This document shows positions 19,803-29,055 of a stretch of DNA of 64,000 nt, one piece after another. Position 1 is the first letter of the stretch. The number at the start of each line of letters is the position of its first letter. The DNA is taken from the IMG/VR virus record IMGVR_UViG_3300034082_003579, one strand, 5' to 3'. A model generated the notes under the pieces. That model saw nothing but the letters and a program-made list of their open reading frames with translations. It ran no database searches and was not told the origin of the DNA. The position numbers were made by a program, and so were the translations under genes. The DNA is from a virus. Lineage: Duplodnaviria; Heunggongvirae; Uroviricota; Caudoviricetes.

Positions 19803-19831
19803 ATTATAGCGTGTCGTGAATTACTGGTCAA
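19803..19831 (-). promoter_or_regulatory. sigma70-like phage promoter TTGACC-N17-TATAAT
   Basis: TTGACCagtaattcacgacacgcTATAATagt upstream of the MoxR ATPase. Confidence 0.65.
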
Positions 19832-20026
19832 CTAGACCTGGTCTGTCTCGGTCTGTTCAATGTAATTGGCTAGCGTATTAACAACCACCATGACCGCTGT
19901 CATTACAGCCGCTGGATTGTCTGTGCCCCGGGCAATACTATAAGCATAGTCCAAAGCGTCATCAAAGTTGTCACGGTCGGCAAACAGGCGATTACGGATG
20001 GATTCAGCAAGTGCGTGTGGTGTCAT
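19832..20026 (-). CDS. hypothetical protein
   Basis: 64-aa ORF between two copies of the conserved promoter. Confidence 0.35.
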   Translation of the reverse strand: MTPHALAESIRNRLFADRDNFDDALDYAYSIARGTDNPAAVMTAVMVVVNTLANYIEQTETDQV

Positions 20027-20027
20027 A

Positions 20028-20249
20028 TTAGGCCTCTACTGGTAGGTCTGTCATGTTGGGAAAGCGACCGGTGGCCTTGTAGGTGTTGACAGCTGAGTAT
20101 CCAGCTTCCAGGGCATAGTCGGCATCGGGGAAAATTGCAGCACTGGTAAACACAGCAATGCCACCACGTTCATCAAACACCTCAATGGAGACTTCGTACT
20201 TGTCCAGATTTTCGTTCAATTTTACTTGGGTAACTTGGGCTTGGTACAT
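20028..20249 (-). CDS. hypothetical protein
   Basis: 73-aa ORF directly downstream of a conserved promoter. Confidence 0.35.
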   Translation of the reverse strand: MYQAQVTQVKLNENLDKYEVSIEVFDERGGIAVFTSAAIFPDADYALEAGYSAVNTYKATGRFPNMTDLPVEA

Positions 20250-20278
20250 TTAATTTCTCCGTTTCGCTAGTGTATGTA

Positions 20279-20307
20279 CTATTATAGACGAAATGCTATT
20301 TCTGGTC
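20279..20307 (-). promoter_or_regulatory. sigma70-like phage promoter TTGACC-N17-TATAAT
   Basis: TTGACCagaaatagcatttcgtcTATAATagt. Confidence 0.65.
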
Positions 20308-20310
20308 AAC

Positions 20311-20466
20311 TGTTTCCAATTCGCGGATTTGGTCTTGGATGCGGTAAAAGCCATCAAATGTAATAGAAGCTTCGTAGCTACCGTCTTGCATGGGTCGATC
20401 TTTCCACCAAGCATTGGCAGCTAAGATGCGATCGCGTTCTTGTTTCAGTTGTTCTAATGTCATCAT
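20311..20466 (-). CDS. small hypothetical protein (51 aa, not in ORF track)
   Basis: MMTLEQLKQERDRIL...; AAGGA RBS; its stop lies inside the downstream promoter -35 (ttgaccagaaaTAG). Confidence 0.3.
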
Positions 20467-20479
20467 TTTTCCTTTTCAA

Positions 20480-20782
20480 TTAACGTACTGGAACCCAGTA
20501 AGCTGGTTTCAACTTCAATTTGTGAACTCGACCATTTCTCCAATCCCACCAATCAGGATCATTTCCGTCTGCATCACCAAAGTGATTCCAAATTTGACCA
20601 GTACCATGCTTCTTCACATGAACGTTAACTGCTTTGGCCATATCTGGAGTGATGCCTAGTTTATAGTACTTGAATTCTTTTTTGATGCGGTCCATATCTT
20701 TAGTTGCATCTTTATTAGAGATATCGTATACGGCTGAGTTGTCTACTGCCGGGACTACAGGGACTGCTTTTGCTTTTCTCAT
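20480..20782 (-). CDS. hypothetical protein
   Basis: 100-aa ORF. Confidence 0.4.
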   Translation of the reverse strand: MRKAKAVPVVPAVDNSAVYDISNKDATKDMDRIKKEFKYYKLGITPDMAKAVNVHVKKHGTGQIWNHFGDADGNDPDWWDWRNGRVHKLKLKPAYWVPVR

Positions 20783-20912
20783 TTCCTGCTCCTACTTGCT
20801 AAGTGCTTGGGTTAATTTGGCGCGAAGCTGGGCGCGGATTACTTGTGCTTCTGGAGTCTGCGGAAGTGTAAACTGTGCTACACGTCTACGCTGTACTAAC
20901 ATCACTTTAACT
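20781..20912 (-). CDS. small hypothetical protein (43 aa, not in ORF track)
   Basis: MRTVKVMLVQRRRVAQF...; GGAG RBS; immediately downstream of a conserved promoter. Confidence 0.3.
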
Positions 20913-20950
20913 GTACGCATCACCTGCTCCTGTTTTGCTACTGTATAACT

Positions 20951-20979
20951 ATTATAGCCGATTTAGGGTTTCTGGTCTA
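20951..20979 (-). promoter_or_regulatory. sigma70-like phage promoter TAGACC-N17-TATAAT
   Basis: TAGACCagaaaccctaaatcggcTATAATagt. Confidence 0.6.
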
Positions 20980-21002
20980 CCAGAAGAAAGCCCCAATTGC
21001 AG

Positions 21003-21030
21003 GGCTTTTTGATGTTGCAAAAAAACAACA
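21003..21030. terminator. terminator-like hairpin
   Basis: gaaagccccaattgcagggctttttg. Confidence 0.4.
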
Positions 21031-21191
21031 GTTGTCTATGCAAGGTATAAATATATTTGTTAACGCCGATTATTACAATTGACGTAGAATATATCAAAAC
21101 GCCTGGTACATTATACCTTTACTGTAGTGTTGCTACAGAACGCCAACAAAATAAATTGTATTATCAATTACATCTAATATAAAATCATTTA

Positions 21192-22520
21192 ATGATAGAG
21201 TCATTTGTTTTTTGGACGATAGGAATACTGTCAGGAATCGCAACCGGGATTCTACCTGGCTTCGGGCCTCTGGCTTTAGTAATACTTTTTTATCCTGTAC
21301 TGATATCTACTGATGTGCTATCAATTATGCTTTTCTATAGCGGCATGTTAGTGGCATCGCAATACACCGGTGCTGTCATTGGAGTGGTAGCTGGGGTACC
21401 AGGTGAAATATCGTCAACCGTGTCAGCAACATCTGGACATAAATTATTTAAAAAAGGAAAAGGGTTTGAAGCCTTGGGAATTTGTGCCATTGGTGGCACA
21501 ATGGCATCATTGATTGCTGTTTTTCTTGTCCCAACAATTGCAAATTTGTTTTACAACAATGCTAAGTTTTACAGTATTTTCGTTCAAGTCTTTATATTTT
21601 TGTCTATTATTATTTTGATGATTGTTTACAACAAAAATTATCTTATCAATCTGATATTAATAGTAACTGGATTTACCGTTGGATTGATTGGATATCATCC
21701 AAATTTTGGATCCATACTGACATTTAATTCAGTGATCCTAGATCCAGGTGTATCTGTAACAGTTTTTTTATTTTGTATTTTTATTGTGCCTCAGTTGTTA
21801 ATGTTTGGTCGAATTAAATTTAACACAGCTAATTTGGCTAGCAAACATCGTATGAGTCAGACTGTAAAACTTGCAGCCAATCGATACCAATCTATTGTAA
21901 GAGGTTCGTTTCTAGGAGTTTTGTTAGGACTAATACCTGCTGTAGGTACATCTATTTGTAGCAATGTCTCGGCATTTGTTGAGAAAAGAATTAATCGTCA
22001 ACAATCCAAGCAGTTGGCATCTGCAGAAGCAGCCAATAATTCTTCTGTAATCAGCAGTATGATTCCTTTGATAGCATTTGGGATTCCGATTACTGCGTCC
22101 GAAATGGTAATTTACAATGTAATCAGTACCAGTACTCCGTCGTTTGGATATTCATGGTTTGAGTCATTGGCATTTGGAAATTTCACTAACTTAAATATCT
22201 TGTTATGTAGCCTTGTAGTAGGTTCCGGTATCATGACTTTTGTTGCTTGGAATTGTGCATCAACTATTATTAAAATAATATCTAAAATTTCTTTTTTACA
22301 TTTATACTCAACTGTTGTTATAATTATCGTAGGTGCTATAATCTATCAAGCAATTGATCAATATCGTGTGTTTACTGATTTTATTTCTTTGTTAGTGTTG
22401 TTACCCATTGGATGGATTTGTTACAAGAAAAATATTGACACACTGCCAGCAGTATTAACTTTTATGATAGCTAAGCCATGCTTGTCGGCAGTATCTGTTG
22501 CAGTTCAATTACTAAATTAA
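21192..22520 (+). CDS. tctA: TctA-family transporter membrane subunit
   Basis: 442 aa polytopic; GILPGFGP and YTGAVIGVVAGVPGEISSTVSATSGHKLFKKGKGFEALG match the TctA conserved core. Confidence 0.65.
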   Translation: MIESFVFWTIGILSGIATGILPGFGPLALVILFYPVLISTDVLSIMLFYSGMLVASQYTGAVIGVVAGVPGEISSTVSATSGHKLFKKGKGFEALGICAIGGTMASLIAVFLVPTIANLFYNNAKFYSIFVQVFIFLSIIILMIVYNKNYLINLILIVTGFTVGLIGYHPNFGSILTFNSVILDPGVSVTVFLFCIFIVPQLLMFGRIKFNTANLASKHRMSQTVKLAANRYQSIVRGSFLGVLLGLIPAVGTSICSNVSAFVEKRINRQQSKQLASAEAANNSSVISSMIPLIAFGIPITASEMVIYNVISTSTPSFGYSWFESLAFGNFTNLNILLCSLVVGSGIMTFVAWNCASTIIKIISKISFLHLYSTVVIIIVGAIIYQAIDQYRVFTDFISLLVLLPIGWICYKKNIDTLPAVLTFMIAKPCLSAVSVAVQLLN

Positions 22521-22535
22521 AGGGAAATTTTTATA

Positions 22536-23414
22536 ATGAAAAAATTAATTATTGCGTTTTTTATCACAGCATCATCAGTGGTTGGTGCTGCAGATTTAAC
22601 CTACTATCAGCTGTCGTCGCGTACTGAGCCCACTGTGCTAATTCAGGATGCATGGATTGATAGCTTGGAATCCAAGGGCATCTCAGTCACTGCCAAGCGA
22701 GGAATGGGTTGCGGAGGCATGACAGCTTACCAAGCTGATCCTGCAGCTAAGTTGGTGTACTTTTCAGGCGGCCGTTACTGGCTCAGTCTGCAAAAAAATG
22801 AAAAAGCTTGCGTGATTGACTTAGACTCAATTGAATGGGTGGCCACTGTTTCTGATCCGTATCTAATGTGCTCACTTGCAGATTCTGCAATTCAGGATAG
22901 TAATTCTTTTAGACAAAAAAAGCAATTGACTATTGGCAGCACCGGTGCTGCGCCATTCAGTAGTTGGATCAGCGATTACAACCGCAAAAATCACACAACT
23001 CACAAATCTATTTCTTTTGGTAACAGCACCGAGGCAGCAATGGCCTTACTGGCCAAAGATATACAAGTGGCTGTGTTACAGGCCATTGCTGCCAAAAAAC
23101 ACATATCAAGTGGAAAAATAAAGTGCTTTGCTTCAACAGCAACTGCGTCTGCCCTGGCAAATTTCTCCAGTCTGCACCCCACTGGGGACAAGGTAATAAA
23201 TGAATATACCTCGACATTTGCATTGGGAGCAGTTGGATTATCGCACGATATGTTATCACGTGTGAGACAAGCAATAAGCAACACATCGGTTGATGTTAGT
23301 ACAACCGGTTTCGAAATTCGTTATGTCACAACCGACAAAGAACAACAGGATGGCAAAAAAATGATTAAATCATTGATCACTGACGTGTTGCAAATTACGA
23401 AGACAAGCAGATGA
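22536..23414 (+). CDS. secreted/periplasmic solute-binding-like protein
   Basis: signal peptide MKKLIIAFFITASSVVGA; 292 aa; follows tctA. Confidence 0.4.
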   Translation: MKKLIIAFFITASSVVGAADLTYYQLSSRTEPTVLIQDAWIDSLESKGISVTAKRGMGCGGMTAYQADPAAKLVYFSGGRYWLSLQKNEKACVIDLDSIEWVATVSDPYLMCSLADSAIQDSNSFRQKKQLTIGSTGAAPFSSWISDYNRKNHTTHKSISFGNSTEAAMALLAKDIQVAVLQAIAAKKHISSGKIKCFASTATASALANFSSLHPTGDKVINEYTSTFALGAVGLSHDMLSRVRQAISNTSVDVSTTGFEIRYVTTDKEQQDGKKMIKSLITDVLQITKTSR

Positions 23415-24505
23415 AATACGGATATTATGAAGTAGCTGGTAAACAGTATGCCAGCAAATTGCAAGCAATAGAAGAGGCTACCCCAAATGGCTGGTGGCCT
23501 CATTGGAATTTCTATGAAAAATATTTTTCGTTGGTTGACTGGTCTGTTGAACCAGAGGAATCTCTGTCGGTATTATATCAACGTCGTGCGAAAGAAATTA
23601 GAGAACAACACAGTCGTGTGTATCTGCACTACAGCGGCGGATCAGACAGCTGGCAGGTTGCATATTCTTTCCTGACTGCTGGATTGAAAATTGATCGGTT
23701 AATTTACCGATCGTATGAATTTGTAAAAGATTTTAAAACAATAGGAGCAGAAAATTTAAACGCCGAAGGCAAACTATCAGCTTATCCATCCTACAAGGCC
23801 TTGCTAGAACTAGATCCTACTCTCAAATGGGAAACTTGGGAAACAGGCGATGACATGATAAAATTATGGGCAAACACAAAGCTTGATACAACTTTATTGA
23901 ATATTCCGCAACCATCAATTATTTCCAGATTGAATTTGATCGAAAATTCGTTTAATTTAACAGACCAATCGACTGCCAACATATATGGCATTGAAAAACC
24001 AAATCTACATTACGAAAATGGCAATTTTTATCTGTTTTTTCCAGACCATGCAGTGAACTTTCAGTGCTTCAATGAAAACAATCAAAACAATATTTTGTTT
24101 TTTTGGGACAACACTCCGGCAACAATTGACATATTAAAAAAACAAGTACACTTGGTTAAAAAATGGTTTTTAAAAAATCCACAACATATACCCAAGATTT
24201 CAAATCGTAAATCTCGAGATGCCGATTGGTATAATCGTGTTGTTTCTAATATTGTTTATCCAGATTACAAATTGCCCTGGCAAACAAAAAAACCTGCTCG
24301 AACCGTTAAAATTGAAACCACTAATTGGTTTTATCAAATAAGCCCAGACCAGCCAGAATGGAAGGCGTATCAAGCATGGCGTAGATATGTAGTTGAACAA
24401 AGCGACCGTATAAAAATAGCCATGAAAGACTTTCCTGAATTTCAGAAGAAAGAGGAAGATTTAAACGTTCTTCCTACGTCGTGGAGTAAGTTGTATAAAA
24501 TATAG
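23411..24505 (+). CDS. hypothetical protein
   Basis: 364-aa ORF, start overlaps the upstream stop. Confidence 0.45.
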   Translation: MKYGYYEVAGKQYASKLQAIEEATPNGWWPHWNFYEKYFSLVDWSVEPEESLSVLYQRRAKEIREQHSRVYLHYSGGSDSWQVAYSFLTAGLKIDRLIYRSYEFVKDFKTIGAENLNAEGKLSAYPSYKALLELDPTLKWETWETGDDMIKLWANTKLDTTLLNIPQPSIISRLNLIENSFNLTDQSTANIYGIEKPNLHYENGNFYLFFPDHAVNFQCFNENNQNNILFFWDNTPATIDILKKQVHLVKKWFLKNPQHIPKISNRKSRDADWYNRVVSNIVYPDYKLPWQTKKPARTVKIETTNWFYQISPDQPEWKAYQAWRRYVVEQSDRIKIAMKDFPEFQKKEEDLNVLPTSWSKLYKI

Positions 24506-24535
24506 GATAAGCAATTCTATTACGGCCCTGCTGTA

Positions 24536-25138
24536 TTACATGGCAGGGCCGTTGCCGTATTGGAACCCAACTCGACCGCCTTCGGCTTCGATCCGTTTGA
24601 TAACATCTTCAAAAAGAATAGGAGCAAAGTCGGTTTGCTCAACACAAACACAATGGTAGCGTGTATCAATCTCATCGCTGTATAAGATTTCACCGGTACG
24701 AGCATCTACTCCGCGCGGTTTCACGACACGGTTTGCATGAAGATGACCGTGTATGTTAACGCCAAAGCGACCGAGACTTGCTTCATGTAAAGGGATATGA
24801 CTAAGAATCATTCCGTTAAGAACGTGGTATGCACGAAGTTCGCGGAAGTGCTGTCTGTATTCGTCATCACGGAAGATGTCATGGTTGCCGCGGATAAGAA
24901 CCTTATCACCGTTGAGACGCCGCATGATACCCAGTGCTTTGCGATTAATTACTACATCGCCCAGGTGGTACACTTTGTCATTTGGGCGAACAGTATCGTT
25001 CCAACGCCGGACCATTTCTTCGTCCATTTCGTCTGCGGTGTCCCATGGGCGAAGTTTGGTCTCGCCATCATTACGCATGAAATGACAGACACCGTTGTGC
25101 CCGAAGTGCGTGTCGCTTACAAGAAATACTGCTGGCAT
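24536..25138 (-). CDS. calcineurin-like metallophosphoesterase (phage Ser/Thr phosphatase-like)
   Basis: VSDTHFGH, GNHD, GHLH metallophosphatase motifs. Confidence 0.7.
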   Translation of the reverse strand: MPAVFLVSDTHFGHNGVCHFMRNDGETKLRPWDTADEMDEEMVRRWNDTVRPNDKVYHLGDVVINRKALGIMRRLNGDKVLIRGNHDIFRDDEYRQHFRELRAYHVLNGMILSHIPLHEASLGRFGVNIHGHLHANRVVKPRGVDARTGEILYSDEIDTRYHCVCVEQTDFAPILFEDVIKRIEAEGGRVGFQYGNGPAM

Positions 25139-25216
25139 AGTTGTCTCCTTTATGCTTTAATCCATTCATCACTGTCACAGAACTCAAGGCTTTCGAGGCC
25201 ATTGTATCTGGTAATC

Positions 25217-25417
25217 TTACACCATTTGTTCGTAGAAGCCGTACTTAGCTGAGTAAGCATCTAATGATTCAAGTTCACGAACTAGTGTGCATCGACCTGT
25301 TCCGTGCATGCGTTTACGAAATCCGTGTACAGACTTATGGTAGTCTGACAAAATTTCAGCTAGATCAGCATCACTGTATTGACTCTTAAACCAATCAAGT
25401 TTGTTTGATGACTGCAT
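25217..25417 (-). CDS. hypothetical protein
   Basis: 66-aa ORF. Confidence 0.3.
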   Translation of the reverse strand: MQSSNKLDWFKSQYSDADLAEILSDYHKSVHGFRKRMHGTGRCTLVRELESLDAYSAKYGFYEQMV

Positions 25418-25438
25418 TGCATTTCTCCTGGTCCGAGA

Positions 25439-25897
25439 TTAGACAGCGACTTCGTCGCTGTCTTGAGCAACCTTGCTCAAAGGGTTGGGGTAGTAGGCCA
25501 TGGCACCGTTACCTACTGGGAAGGCGATAAACTGTAGAGCAGCCAATTCCTTGGCAGTCAGCTCACGTGGCTCGGGAGTCTTGCTTTTTTTGGCTTTAGA
25601 CATCTTTACTTTAACACGGACTTCTTTTTTGGCTTTGGGAGCCTTAGCAAAAGGATTCTCGTCTTTGACTTGTGCAGTCAAAAATGCTGTGACTTCTGCT
25701 TCGGCATTGCCGTACAATTGCAACACTGCCTTAACAGCTTCATTTTTTGTGGCAACTGGTGCGGCCAGTTTGATGATGTTGATGTCAGTGTCGCCCAGCT
25801 TGGCCAACTGCTCAATACGCTTTTCGTCGGTAGCAGTACGGAATTTGAGCTCACCTGCTACACGGCTATAACCTGCAAAAGAGATTAACTTAGACAT
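25439..25897 (-). CDS. Lys/Ala-rich basic protein (histone H1-like tail)
   Basis: 152 aa with an AKAPKAKKEVRVKVKMSKAKKSK segment; downstream of a conserved promoter. Confidence 0.4.
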   Translation of the reverse strand: MSKLISFAGYSRVAGELKFRTATDEKRIEQLAKLGDTDINIIKLAAPVATKNEAVKAVLQLYGNAEAEVTAFLTAQVKDENPFAKAPKAKKEVRVKVKMSKAKKSKTPEPRELTAKELAALQFIAFPVGNGAMAYYPNPLSKVAQDSDEVAV

Positions 25898-25927
25898 TTA
25901 CTGCTCCTGTTTTGTTAGTGTATATAC

Positions 25928-25956
25928 ATTATAGCCGAAATGGCATTTCTGGTCTA
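25928..25956 (-). promoter_or_regulatory. sigma70-like phage promoter TAGACC-N17-TATAAT
   Basis: TAGACCagaaatgccatttcggcTATAATgt upstream of the basic-protein gene. Confidence 0.6.
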
Positions 25957-26076
25957 CCAAAATATGCCAAAAAGCAACATAAAAACTAGCAAAAATTCAA
26001 CGAATCCCATTAAAAAAAACGTAGTAAAATTGCGTAATGCGCTGGGAGGATTTGGATGTGATTTTATCATACTGTT

Positions 26077-26105
26077 AGTATAACAAATCTGGTATTTTTG
26101 GTCAA
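26077..26105 (-). promoter_or_regulatory. sigma70-like promoter TTGACC-N17-TATACT
   Basis: TTGACCaaaaataccagatttgtTATACT, just downstream of a terminator hairpin. Confidence 0.5.
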
Positions 26106-26111
26106 TAAAAA

Positions 26112-26140
26112 AGCCCCAGTTTGGGGCTTGATTTTTGTTG
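26112..26140. terminator. bidirectional rho-independent terminator
   Basis: aaaaaagccccagtttggggcttgattttt: stem gcccca/tggggc with flanking A/T runs, right after the 26154..26489 gene. Confidence 0.6.
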
Positions 26141-26153
26141 TATTTTTACAACA

Positions 26154-26489
26154 TTATTGCTCGGTTATAACAGTACCCAAATAAGTCCAACCGGCTGCTG
26201 AATCGGCAGCAAGAGCAGCATCTGAATCGTATCCAAATGATGTTCTTACTGCTTCGTATTCATCGCCGCTAACTACATGCTTATTAATAGATAAAGTAAA
26301 AATTTCCTGATCCCAATTGTACGTAATTGGCTCTAACAAAACTCCGTCAGCAAGTGCAGCATTATTGCCTTCTGTTACAGATAGTTCTAGTTCAGCTGGA
26401 TATAAAGAATTTTTATTGGCATACGCTTCGTTGCCATCTACAAAGGTTGCATTATTTTTTTCGTATTGTACTTTTAATAATTGTGACAT
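26154..26489 (-). CDS. hypothetical protein
   Basis: 111-aa ORF followed by a terminator hairpin. Confidence 0.4.
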   Translation of the reverse strand: MSQLLKVQYEKNNATFVDGNEAYANKNSLYPAELELSVTEGNNAALADGVLLEPITYNWDQEIFTLSINKHVVSGDEYEAVRTSFGYDSDAALAADSAAGWTYLGTVITEQ

Positions 26490-26557
26490 AGAATATCCTT
26501 AGCAGTGTTATGAAATTATTTATGATTGATGCAATAAAGAAAACTGACACGTTGTTT

Positions 26558-26977
26558 TTATTTTGTTCTTTCGATAATGTCTCGGTACCCACTCCAGCTG
26601 GGGTGAATCCCATCTTTTTGCAGTCCGTGAATAGGCAATATAGTATCACCGTATTCAGCAGCTACAGTTTTTACATAATCTTGTATTGTTTCAATTGGCA
26701 CTTCGCTGCCTTTTAAGTTGCCAGCAGGTAGTACCCAAAAGACTCGATTGCTCGAGACACGAGCTCGCATCTTACGCAATTCCTGTGGAGTCTTGATGTA
26801 TTTGTGGTCGTTGGTGGCCAAACTGATGATCACAACACCGGCTGTTAAATTGGCAGTGGGATACATGTTATTCCACTGCCATGTATTGATGCCGCCTTTT
26901 CCGACCAGTTCACACTGTGGTGCAAATTGTTTGGTACCTACTGCAATTGAGTCACCTAATATTAAACATTCCAACAT
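26558..26977 (-). CDS. SGNH/GDSL hydrolase
   Basis: ILGDSIA block I and DGIHPS (DxxH) block V. Confidence 0.5.
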   Translation of the reverse strand: MLECLILGDSIAVGTKQFAPQCELVGKGGINTWQWNNMYPTANLTAGVVIISLATNDHKYIKTPQELRKMRARVSSNRVFWVLPAGNLKGSEVPIETIQDYVKTVAAEYGDTILPIHGLQKDGIHPSWSGYRDIIERTK

Positions 26978-27024
26978 AATCGTTCCTTCTAAGCATTAAA
27001 AACTATATTATAACACAATAGAAA

Positions 27025-27048
27025 AAGGGCCGTCAAGGCCCTTTTTCA
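27025..27048. terminator. bidirectional terminator downstream of the rubrerythrin gene
   Basis: aaaaagggccgtcaaggcccttttt. Confidence 0.6.
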
Positions 27049-27072
27049 CCGTTAACAACAGTTAGACTACAA

Positions 27073-27513
27073 TTACTCTTGTTCTGCTTTGTATGCGTCC
27101 AATGCTCGCTGATAGCGATTGGCATGTGAGCGTTCTGCTTTGGCCAATGTCTCAAACCAATCAGCAACTTCGTCAAAGCCTTCGTCGCGAGCAGTTTTAG
27201 CCATGCCTGGATACATATCTGTGTACTCATGGGTTTCGCCATGAATAGCTGCTTCCAATGCTTCCTGTGGTGTTGTGCCTGGCATACCTGTTCCGGGTTC
27301 GCCAGCTCCGCCGTTGATCAAGAATTCCATGTGACCGTGAGCATGTCCTGTTTCACCTTCGGCAGTGGAACGAAACAAGGCAGCTACATCGGGCGCACCT
27401 GCTACATCGCACAAGTTTGCAAAATACAAATAACGGCGATTGGCCATTGACTCACCTGCAAATGCTTCTTTTAGACATTCTGCGGTTTTACTTCCTTTTA
27501 GACTTTCTGACAT
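27073..27513 (-). CDS. rubrerythrin/ferritin-like diiron protein
   Basis: [13 protein letters not shown] and ERSHANRYQ diiron ligands; start set at MSESLK with AAGGAG RBS (the ORF track extends to 27585). Confidence 0.65.
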   Translation of the reverse strand: MSESLKGSKTAECLKEAFAGESMANRRYLYFANLCDVAGAPDVAALFRSTAEGETGHAHGHMEFLINGGAGEPGTGMPGTTPQEALEAAIHGETHEYTDMYPGMAKTARDEGFDEVADWFETLAKAERSHANRYQRALDAYKAEQE

Positions 27514-27718
27514 GTAATACTCCTTTCGATGTAAAATGTGTATATCAGTGTTTGTACTGACTTGAACTATTATATATGATTTCAATACTATAAGTCAACG
27601 TATTTTTATAGGGTTTTCCTATTGTATTTTTTAATAGTCGGCATTGATGTTTTCTATACCCACTGAAGACAAATTGGTGTTGACTAAATATTAATGGAGC
27701 ACTTAAAAAGAGAATAAT

Positions 27719-28000
27719 ATGAACGAAATATTTAAACTGATATCCGATCTGGGATTTCCAATTGCCGCTGCCATTACCGGCGGTTATTTTGTATACTTAA
27801 CTATTAAATTATTGTTAGCTGGCGTACTTTCGGCAGTAAAAGGCATGGCCGGAATTATCACTGCTTTAGATAATCGTGTCAAAACCATGAATCACGACGT
27901 GGTCCGAATTGACGCCGTGGTATCAAATGCCTTGGGTCTCAAACCAGATGTTGAGCGTATTGCTCGAGCTGACGGCAAAAACGACGCAAGGAGAGATTGA
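27719..28000 (+). CDS. small membrane protein, putative holin-like
   Basis: 93 aa, N-terminal TM helix then charged tail; paralog of 28179..28478. Confidence 0.35.
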   Translation: MNEIFKLISDLGFPIAAAITGGYFVYLTIKLLLAGVLSAVKGMAGIITALDNRVKTMNHDVVRIDAVVSNALGLKPDVERIARADGKNDARRD

Positions 28001-28179
28001 TGCGCTTTTATGACTACGAGTGGGATTTATACCCAGATAGCATAGTGTTTGATCGAGAACTAGACATTGAAAAAATAGGATGGGAAGTCGGCGATGTTTT
28101 TAGATTGGTCAAGGAAAACGGTCGCATGAAGTTAATAAAAATAGATCCACTAGAAAAATTTATAAGGAGCAAAGACTGA
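27997..28179 (+). CDS. hypothetical protein
   Basis: 60-aa coupled ORF. Confidence 0.3.
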   Translation: MMRFYDYEWDLYPDSIVFDRELDIEKIGWEVGDVFRLVKENGRMKLIKIDPLEKFIRSKD

Positions 28180-28478
28180 TGGGCGACATAGCAGAACTAA
28201 TCAGCAAGTACGGATTTCCTATTGTGGCTGCAGCGGGAATGGGCATGATGATCAAGTATGTGTGGACCTGGGCCACAACCGAAATCAAGCCAGTTATCAG
28301 TGATGCCAATACAGTTTTGATCGCTCTTATTGATCGTATCCGTATGTTAGATAACGATTTAATCAGACTCAATCAGAAAGTCAATACTGTGCTACACTTG
28401 CGTGGCAAAACTATTGAACATGAGCGTGTGGAAGCCGAAGACAAAATTAATCAAAAGATAATCGAAGATAAAAAATGA
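28179..28478 (+). CDS. small membrane protein, paralog of 27719..28000
   Basis: shared (D/E)LISxxGFPIxAA...D(N/R)(R/I)...L motif. Confidence 0.35.
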   Translation: MGDIAELISKYGFPIVAAAGMGMMIKYVWTWATTEIKPVISDANTVLIALIDRIRMLDNDLIRLNQKVNTVLHLRGKTIEHERVEAEDKINQKIIEDKK

Positions 28479-28816
28479 AATATCTTGCCGCAGCGTTGAT
28501 AGCCGTGACTTTAACTGGATGTAGCTTACTACCGCGAGCACATGATCCTGTTATGTTCGGACAATTGGTAGTATTGAGCCTACAAGTTGAACAGGTAGAT
28601 TGCGATCGACCCAATTGGCAACCGGCTATGCAGCAGTCGCAGGCCTTGTCACGGTATACAGCCTGGCGCCATGATCCGCAGGCTGACAATCTTGCAGGGC
28701 TATATAAACACGTAGAACGCATGAATCAAGGTGGTAGCAAGACATTCTGCGAACTGGGAAAGAGAACAGCAGCAGGAAGAATTTCAGCAGCACGGACAGC
28801 ATGGGAAGGAAGATGA
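28475..28816 (+). CDS. lipoprotein
   Basis: signal with lipobox LTGC. Confidence 0.4.
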   Translation: MKYLAAALIAVTLTGCSLLPRAHDPVMFGQLVVLSLQVEQVDCDRPNWQPAMQQSQALSRYTAWRHDPQADNLAGLYKHVERMNQGGSKTFCELGKRTAAGRISAARTAWEGR

Positions 28817-29055
28817 TAAATTCAATTGACGTATTAGAACAACTCAAACTGGTAGATCCAGTGTTTACTGGTATTGCAACAGAAATGCAAGCAATCGAAG
28901 ATGCTTATGCTCGTGGCGACCTATCCGCCCAAGAACGCCATCATTTAATGTCTGAAATACGTGATATCCGTGCTGCTGAAGTTTGTGCCGGTAACGAAAT
29001 TGCATTCCGTCACTTGGTACAAGTCTGCACACTGATATTAAGCATGGTCAAGTAA
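28801..29055 (+). CDS. hypothetical protein
   Basis: 84-aa ORF. Confidence 0.3.
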   Translation: MGRKMINSIDVLEQLKLVDPVFTGIATEMQAIEDAYARGDLSAQERHHLMSEIRDIRAAEVCAGNEIAFRHLVQVCTLILSMVK

